Assembly: GCA_002811645.1 (NCBI GenBank) | Contig: PDIP01000036.1 | Coordinates: 266,985 to 330,984 of the forward strand | Direction: 5' to 3' | From: Corallochytrium limacisporum Hawaii | Taxonomy: Eukaryota > Protista > Pluriformea | Length of the DNA stretch: 64,000 bases | In this document: positions 56,693 to 64,000 of the stretch, in pieces | Position numbering within the stretch: position 1 is the first letter of the stretch | Layout of the letters: each line of letters starts with the position of its first letter | Notes under the pieces: generated by a model | What the model saw: the letters and a program-made list of their open reading frames with translations, nothing else | Databases searched by the model: none | What the model was told of the DNA's origin: nothing | Program-made: the position numbers and the translations under genes

Positions 56693-58423
56693 TTACGCTA
56701 TTGCACCTGAGAGTTTTTGCTGCCATAGTCCGTGGTAACCGTCTTTGTGATATGCGACCAGGTCAGCCAGTGCCAGTGCCGTACCATTCAGAGATACTTT
56801 GCCACTGTCGACGCGGGCAATCAGGAAATCACCGGCAGCGGGCTGCCGCTTGCCGCCATTGACCAGGTCTGGCACTTCACGCACGTCCACAACCACCCGT
56901 CGGTTTCCATCGTCCCGGGTATAAATCTTACTCGGGTCTTTCTTGCCATACTTTTCCACCAAGACCATTTTGTGTGTGCCATGGAGGGGTTTGGTCTTAG
57001 CTTCCACGTCGGTATAAAACTGGTCGATCATCGCCTTCAATCTCTCTTGCTTCACCTCTGCTGGAACGTCATCTTCATAGTTTCTGGCAGCGTGGGTTTT
57101 ACCACGATCTGAATAGGCGAACATGAAGGCATAGTCGTATCCAACTTCCTTCATGAGCACCATACTCTGCAGATGGTCTTCTTCGCTTTCACCACAAAAT
57201 CCAACAATCATGTCTGTAGACAGGGCAATGTCAGGGATCTTGCTCCGGATGTCCATCACCAGTCGCTGATAGGCATCCCGAGTGTACCCACGTCGCATGC
57301 GCTGCAGCATGTAGTCCGATCCACTCTGTGCAGGGAGATGAATTTGCTTACACACATTGTGCTTTTCTGCAATTACATCTATCAGAGCCGGAGGAAAGTC
57401 CTTTGGATGAGGACTCGTGAAGCGGAATCTGACATCTGGGCAAGACTCGGCCACCTGGTAGAGCAGATCTGCAAATCGCGCACCTCCATCTTTCCGACGG
57501 TAAATTGTACGGAAATTCTCATTGGAAAGCAAGGCAGAGTCTTCTAGAACAGGACTAGCCCTCCGATCATTATATGAGTTGACATTCTGGCCAAGCAGTG
57601 TGATATCTTTGATGCCCGCATCCCGAAGATACCGCACTTCGTCTGCAATGGAGCCCACATCCCGACTGCGCTCGCGGCCACGTGTAAACGGCACAATGCA
57701 ATAAGAACACATGTTGTTACAGCCACGCATGATGGACAAGAACGCGGTAGGCTTGTCGGGATTGATACGCACAGGTCTAACATCGGCATAGGTCTCGTCA
57801 AGGGAGAGAGCGACATTGACTGCCTGATCACTGGAATTGTGAATCGCGCTCAGCATGACTGGGAGGTGTCGATAACTGTCAGGGCCAGCCACCAAATCGC
57901 AAAGACCATCCTGCTCTAACAGCTTTGTCTTCAATCTTTCTGCCATACATCCCAAAACGCCCACTGTGACTTCCTCTGCATCAGCTGCGAATCTTTGTTT
58001 ACGCTTCCAACCACGAAATTCTTTCAGTCTCCCCCAAATCTTGCTCTCTGCGTTTTCGCGGATGGAACATGTGACCAACAAGATCACTTCTGCTTCTTCT
58101 GGAACGTTTACCCGTTCATATCCAGTCTGTTTTAACATGGCCCATGCAACTTCTGCGTCACTGACGTTCATTTGACACCCATATGTTTCAATGTAGACCT
58201 TTCTTCCCAAGCCATGCACGTCTGCATGTTCCAAGTACGGCATGACTTCGGGATTTGTTGGCTTCCCAAAGTCAAGGATCTTATTGTCTCCCTTGCTACC
58301 CATGAAGTTCTTTAAGGTCAAACCATCGTCTTTGATGGACCGGGTGGTGTAAGGCCGCCAGGCAATCCTACCGGAAACCAATCTCAAGACCGGCCTCCAG
58401 TCCCGCCTCCGAAATGCCTGCAT
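56693..58423 (-). CDS. CDK5RAP1: Mitochondrial tRNA methylthiotransferase (MiaB-like)
   Basis: TYGCQMN, TCSIRENAE, radical-SAM CNNMCSYC, FTSPHPKDF, TRAM-like C-terminus, and an Arg-rich presequence from ATG 58423. Confidence 0.95.
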   Translation of the reverse strand: MQAFRRRDWRPVLRLVSGRIAWRPYTTRSIKDDGLTLKNFMGSKGDNKILDFGKPTNPEVMPYLEHADVHGLGRKVYIETYGCQMNVSDAEVAWAMLKQTGYERVNVPEEAEVILLVTCSIRENAESKIWGRLKEFRGWKRKQRFAADAEEVTVGVLGCMAERLKTKLLEQDGLCDLVAGPDSYRHLPVMLSAIHNSSDQAVNVALSLDETYADVRPVRINPDKPTAFLSIMRGCNNMCSYCIVPFTRGRERSRDVGSIADEVRYLRDAGIKDITLLGQNVNSYNDRRASPVLEDSALLSNENFRTIYRRKDGGARFADLLYQVAESCPDVRFRFTSPHPKDFPPALIDVIAEKHNVCKQIHLPAQSGSDYMLQRMRRGYTRDAYQRLVMDIRSKIPDIALSTDMIVGFCGESEEDHLQSMVLMKEVGYDYAFMFAYSDRGKTHAARNYEDDVPAEVKQERLKAMIDQFYTDVEAKTKPLHGTHKMVLVEKYGKKDPSKIYTRDDGNRRVVVDVREVPDLVNGGKRQPAAGDFLIARVDSGKVSLNGTALALADLVAYHKDGYHGLWQQKLSGAIA

Positions 58424-59609
58424 CGTTGAAATCTTGTTACCCGAATTCACATTCTGCAAGAAGTCGTCTACATATGAATTTCACTGACATGAGGAAGGAG
58501 CGCCATTGAGGCACGACGGCGGATGGTTTACCTTACATAGCCGGTTCTGTACTCGCTCTTCCAGACTACTATCCCATCACTTAGCAATGCACGGCCTGCC
58601 CAACCCGCACCTCTACGGCGAGCGATGACTGCGTGTGCGGCGCAGAAGTATAATAACTGAACACCTGAAAATATTCTTTAATATGAATTAAGCTCTTATC
58701 CGCAAAAATATTGATTATCGTGTCGACCGCCTCTTTCCTCTATCGCAGTAGTTCTCGAGTAGTGGATCGATCCTTGGGGCGCATCCACACTGTGTCACCC
58801 ACACTCACACAAACACAGTCAACCACAGAGCAGATTGGGGTACATAACAGACCCTGATGCCCGCGTACAGGTGCGCTCCTTGCACGCTCCTGAGTTCCGC
58901 GTGTGAGGCCGTGTTTGCCTCAGGGGTCTGCGGTGTTTTTTTCGCGTCCGTTGCGACGAAACTCACGACACGGTCAGAAGCGAACCGACACCTCAGCCAG
59001 TGAAGGCACACCTGGGCCTCATCATTTCTTCATGAACAATTCTCCTTTCTAACTTGGCTGCTGTGGGTAGTACAGCTTGAATCGCAGACGTTAGAAACTG
59101 AAGTAGAAAAGCAAGCAGAGTGGAATAAATAGTTCTAAGAACGAGGCACGAAGACAGGAAGTAAAGAAACCGAAACGTTTCTAACCACAGCGCCCTTGAT
59201 TTATATAGCAGAATCCTCAGTAATTCTTGGACGGCGCGGACTTCAAAAAATATGAATCTATTTGTATGAAAGTGGGCGACCTGGCAAACATGGACGACAG
59301 TAAACGTAATAGACCGTGTTGTTCTTGTTTTTCAAAAGAGGAGCCTGCAAACAGCACACCTTCCTCTACTTTGCATCTTAGGAAACGCACCGAGCAACTT
59401 AACCGAGGAGGACACAGACGAAGTGCGAAACAGGGAGAGCAGATCTGCGTTGAAGACTTTGCAAGGTCCATCTATGTGCAAATTTATAACAGGCATTAAT
59501 TTAATCCAACATGGTGTTTCCTACTCTTTGATGATCTGTTGATGAACACACAACCACAAAAAGCGCAGTGGAACGAAAGATCGAGTCGAACCAAAGGCCT
59601 GTGAACATC

Positions 59610-59615
59610 GAGAGC

Positions 59616-59646
<31 letters not shown>

Positions 59647-59652
59647 AGAGAG

Positions 59653-59694
<42 letters not shown>
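59610..59694. repeat. Imperfect (GA)n microsatellite
   Basis: About 85-nt GA run with a few GC interruptions. Confidence 0.95.
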
Positions 59695-60085
59695 GGGGGG
59701 CCAGGCGGCGTGCGGTGTTGAGGGAAGCGAGGGGGAGGGGTGGCGGCAGGGAGTGTGTGTGTGTGGGGTGCGGTCATGGTTCAATGAAAAGTGTCGAGTG
59801 GCGAGTTTCCTTTGCAATTGCGGAAAGTGCGCGGTGGACAAATAGACTTTGGGACGGGGGCCCATATGCATAGGGAATCCCTGTTTGAGGAGTAGCTTTC
59901 AATTCTTATGGGAATGGGTAACAGTACAGGGTCCTGTTGTCCTGCGTTCCGATCTTGCACCTTATAGCATACTTAAGACACATGAGGGAATATATTTGCT
60001 ACAGTGCTTCAACGTAATTGTTGGATTTACATTGATCACTACGGTAGCCTGTTTTACACCCATACCCCTACATATAAACACAAAG

Positions 60086-61765
60086 ATGCCACACGTTTTG
60101 AGTTCACTGGCCGGTTTGGAGTCGGCTAGCGACATACCACCCCTGTCCAGTCCGGACCGGCGGCGACGCTCAGTTTTGTGCACGATCCCTACAACGGAAA
60201 ATCCCGTGGACATTGAAGCTACTCAACAGAATTTGGAGCATGATGTGCTCTTGACTCGCTTCCAGTCCTTGTTTGGATTCGATCCCCGGACGATCTTGAG
60301 TCCGCGCATGTGTATTGCAGGTGGTAGCCTGGTTCTCAGTGCTGTCCAGTCGCGTGGAGGATACTATGATGAAGCGGCGATTGCGAGCAAGGCGGCCAAG
60401 AGTGACATTGATATCTTTCTCTTTGCCGGTGGCGGTGAGGATGTGCGAGATGTGGTGCAAAGGCTTGCTGACCACTTTTGCATAACCACCTCCGAGATGA
60501 CTGTGGTACAGAGCCCGATGGCTTTCAACGTTATCATCCCCCACGGTCCTCTGATCCAGTTCATTACTGGTATACGCGAATCCACCCAGGATGTGATTGA
60601 TGGCTTCGACTTTGGAGGATGTGCCGTAGGTTTTGATACCGTTAACGGCATTGTTGTGAGTGACAGGTTCACTCAAGCTTTGTCAACTGGTTTGAATGTT
60701 GTAAACCCTGAGCATTGCGGTTTCCGAACCTGGAGTCGGGTTCTCAAGTACATGAGCCGTGGATTTGGGGTGCAAACCCCTGCATCAACATTCGATCAGC
60801 TCCTGGACGTTGCGGCACGACCCAAGACACCGGAGGCGGAGAAGCTCGGCGATACCGACTCTGAGGAATCCGGTGAAGCCGAACAAGAGGATGATGCTAC
60901 TAGTGGTGGAAGCGTCCGGCTTTCTACTCTCATTGATGACTGTCGCGGAGTTGCACCTGACCAGGCTCGTGCGATGCTGACTGAGAACATGGCAGGATGG
61001 GTCACAGGAGACATGTTGGTGGCCATGGACAACCTGTCTAAAACCATGAGCGTTCTGCAAATTCCACGAGTTAGTGGTTTGCCGATGGGCTGGTACACTG
61101 ACAGCAAAGAATTACCGAAATCGTATGGAGTGACCTATGATGGCCCGATTGTAGCCCGCGGCGCCGCCATCGGAGACACGGTCAGTCGTTGTTCAGACGT
61201 GTGGACAGATCTACTGACTGGCCATGGATCCCGCATGGCCACGCTAGCGGCGCAGGCCACGACCTTCCTGGACGAGGAATCTTACGTTAATAAGGAAAAT
61301 TACCGTTACGTCAATGAAGGTGCGGTGTCGGCCGTCTTTCAATTGCTGCTTGGCCAGTACGTGAAGGGTGAGCACTGTCTCTCTCGCCTGATCGACGTAG
61401 GAGCCATCCGTGCAGACTATTTTGGCATCGACCCTGAGTCCCAGACCGCCGTCATCATTGAGCTGAAGTATGTTCCGCACCGGATACTTCGTCACGCCGA
61501 CATGCCAAATTCCGCTATTACCGCACCCTTCCTCCGCAGCATGTCCGACGATGATCTTCTCAACCTACGGCGACTTGACAAATTTTGTCGGCCGCCCACA
61601 ATGCGAGAGTTTGCCGAGTACGTGCACTTCAATCAGACTAAGCGGTACGAACGCGAGCTCATGTTGAGTGGTCTGGTCCCCAAGAATGTGACAAAGTGCC
61701 ATTCATACTCGTTTGTGGTCGTTGCGGGCATAACCGTACTGGTCCATTCCAGCGTTACAGTTTAG
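60086..61765 (+). CDS. Pol-beta-type nucleotidyltransferase fused to PD-(D/E)XK nuclease-like domain
   Basis: N half: CIAGGS...SDIDIFL...IQFI...FDFGGCAVGFD...RVLKYMSRGF. Acidic linker. C half: YVNEG...RADYF...VIIELKY...QTKRY. First ATG is 60086 (559 aa). Confidence 0.7.
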   Translation: MPHVLSSLAGLESASDIPPLSSPDRRRRSVLCTIPTTENPVDIEATQQNLEHDVLLTRFQSLFGFDPRTILSPRMCIAGGSLVLSAVQSRGGYYDEAAIASKAAKSDIDIFLFAGGGEDVRDVVQRLADHFCITTSEMTVVQSPMAFNVIIPHGPLIQFITGIRESTQDVIDGFDFGGCAVGFDTVNGIVVSDRFTQALSTGLNVVNPEHCGFRTWSRVLKYMSRGFGVQTPASTFDQLLDVAARPKTPEAEKLGDTDSEESGEAEQEDDATSGGSVRLSTLIDDCRGVAPDQARAMLTENMAGWVTGDMLVAMDNLSKTMSVLQIPRVSGLPMGWYTDSKELPKSYGVTYDGPIVARGAAIGDTVSRCSDVWTDLLTGHGSRMATLAAQATTFLDEESYVNKENYRYVNEGAVSAVFQLLLGQYVKGEHCLSRLIDVGAIRADYFGIDPESQTAVIIELKYVPHRILRHADMPNSAITAPFLRSMSDDDLLNLRRLDKFCRPPTMREFAEYVHFNQTKRYERELMLSGLVPKNVTKCHSYSFVVVAGITVLVHSSVTV

Positions 61766-62778
61766 TTTCGGGCTGCGGACTCCCGCCCGATCTTCTTGTC
61801 CCAACTAGAATACGTAGCATCTATAAAAAGTTAAGTCCAAACACAACTCTATACGCGCACATTTCAAGTCATCGATGGCTACATTGTCTTGGTGTGCATG
61901 CAATTATATAAAGTCACATCCTCGCACAGTATCCGAGCGTCAATAAAATGGAAGTCTCGATGCCAAATTGTGATCGTCCTCGCACCCAAATCCACAATAC
62001 TCTCTCCCCCAACGGGGGGGTTGGCCCCACACAAAACAAAGGGGGGGGGCTCGCCCCTTTGAGAGACGTTGCGGTGACAGGAAAGGGCTTTTGCGAGGCA
62101 GAGGCCCCCCGCTCCCCCCCCCTCTCTCTCTCGGACGAGGGAGGGGGAGAGATTACCCCGGGGGGGGGGAGGGGAGGGGGTTTACCGGTGGAGAAATCGA
62201 GCGAGTTCTGTTTTCACCCCGTCATCAATTTAATCCATCACGGAGAAACGATGGGCTTCGTCGCCTGTTCAGAGATGTTAACTTTCGATAGCGCTCTATC
62301 ACTTGGATGCCAATGACCATTCCAGACGTTCCATCTGCTTTTTTTGTTGTGTGCTCCAAGACGATCCGCACGGGAAAGGCAAAAAGGCGGGCGGGTTGAG
62401 TGGTGGTTGGTGGTGGTGGTGGTACCGGCGATTAATGCAGCGGTCACCTAACCCACCCACCGCCCCCCCCCCCCAAAGCAGGGCCACAGCCCCGGGTGAC
62501 CCGTCAGTGGGCCCATGTTTTACTTTTTAGCCTTTTTTTTTGGGTTGTGAACCCCTCCCTTTTTTTTCTCTGCCACAAATCGCTCGCTCGGGTGTGTTTT
62601 TGAACTTTTTTTATTTCCTTTTTTTTTTCTTTTTAAGATCAGTTGGTATTTGTTTTTTTATTGGGCCCTGTTCGATCTCAATCTGGCCTGTTCGGGTAGT
62701 AAGAGAAGAAAGTTTAGAAAAAATAAACCAAACCACTCTTGCTACTGTCCCAAGTAGCGAACGCCTTGTGGGGAGGAA

Positions 62779-63445
62779 GAGAGAGACACAGACACAGAGA
62801 CACAGAGAGAGAGAGAGAGAGAAGAGAGGAAGATAAGGAGAAAGTGGAGAAAGAAGGGAAATTGACAGTGGGGCCGGAGGGGGGAGAAGGCTTAGAGTAC
62901 GCAGCCGCCCCCCGGAGAGGTAGGAGACTTGGGCTGTCAATTTTTGCGACGCGATGGACAGCGAAACTTTTAAGGGAAAATTTTATTTAAATTTGGGACA
63001 AATTTAAAAAGAGAGAGAGACACAGAGACACGCAGCGAGAGAGAGTGGTGAAAAGTGACAAAACACTCCCAGCCGGGAAAAATTCACCGTCGGACTTTCA
63101 ATTTTTCAATTTTTTTTTTGGGTGCTGTCGGAGAGGCACGGAAGGGAGTGGCGCTCGGAAGGGGAATGAAACTTTTTCAATTTTCATTGTGGGTGGTGGG
63201 GGACCCACTCCCTTTTTTCTTTCTTTGATTTCGGTGCTTGGCCCTTTGTTTCCTTTGCTGCGCTCTCCGGGCTCAGTTTTCCAATAAAAAGAAAAAGAGG
63301 AGAGAAAAGAGAGAATAAAAATAAGGGGGGCAAAAACTTTCTCTCTATCTCTCTCTCTCTCTGTTTTCTTTTTTCTTTTTCTTTTCGTTCTTCCTTTGCT
63401 CTCTCGCTCTCTTGTGCCTTCCCCCCCCCCTTCCCTCCCTCCCTC
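62779..63445. repeat. Cluster of GA/CT-rich simple repeats and homopolymers
   Basis: GA runs at about 62779-62830 and 63010-63045; CT, T and C runs at about 63340-63445. Confidence 0.8.
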
Positions 63446-64000
63446 CGGTCTGTGGCCAAGGGGCCGCTCACCGTAGAGTAAGGATTCGTTAGTGCCCCCG
63501 GGCTGCGCGCCCCACCGTAGCCACACATGCGCCGCAGTTTTTGGCTGTGTGTTCTTGGAAACTCGACCCGGGGGATAATTCATACCGAACACACTGCTAC
63601 TAAGCACACGCGAGCACTGAACTACGGAGAAGAACGCACTCTCTGGCTTGCCACGGTTTCAGATTGGATCGATGGCTTTGTTTCATAGCCTTCGTTTCGT
63701 GTCAGCATGCACACGATACTAAGCGTTGTTGCTCCACCGTGCTGCTCTCTTTGCAGATGGCTTCGTGCAGGCTGTCGAGCTGCCCAGCTGTACCATCTGC
63801 AGCATGCCAAGAGGAAAGCTCCTTGAAAATTTGGTTCGAAGGCCCTTTTTTACTTGTTCTTCACTTTGCCAAATGATCCCGTACAGTATCTATAGCAAGG
63901 CAATGCCCACTCGGATCTCCCGACCGGAGAAAAGCAAGTAAAAAAGGCGGGACGGTAAAGGTGGGGTGGACGGCGGAGTGTGTGTGTGTGTGTGGGGGGG

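Noticed and set aside
58564-58580. GACTACTATCCCATCA resembling the vertebrate ZNF143/SBS motif
   Set aside because: Does not fit the consensus spacing and occurs once.

Overview
Eukaryotic nuclear DNA from a compact, very intron-poor genome. I can support about 22 protein-coding genes; only two (DOLPP1, IF1) need coding-region introns. An SH3-SH2 Src tyrosine kinase and an attractin-like receptor, together with a class I fumarase and a putative DASH/Dam1 subunit, point to a unicellular relative of animals. Corallochytrium-like is my inference from intron scarcity and is not verified. Most genes are housekeeping: uS10m, fumarase, ACAP-type ArfGAP, ubinuclein, TRAP1, V-ATPase c, DOLPP1, IF1, RBX1, SPT4, N6AMT1, WDR6, NUDT8, gankyrin, NPL-FKBP, PFKFB, CDK5RAP1. 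Three genes are missed or fragmented by the ORF track: uS10m (window edge), DOLPP1 and IF1 (spliced). Highlights: (1) an intronless gene fusing a Pol-beta-type nucleotidyltransferase to a PD-(D/E)XK nuclease, a candidate one-protein nucleotide-signalling or conflict system; (2) a NuiA-like nuclease inhibitor of bacterial type with a mitochondrial-type presequence, a candidate EndoG inhibitor; (3) a tightly packed WDR6 / Ask1-like / N6AMT1 unit with an ATGA stop-start overlap, a candidate polycistron; (4) a type II membrane-anchored insulinase; (5) a recurrent CnGn palindromic element upstream of genes. There are two N gaps. I found no tRNA, rRNA, CRISPR array or intact transposon. All family calls are by eye from remembered motifs; no database search was run.
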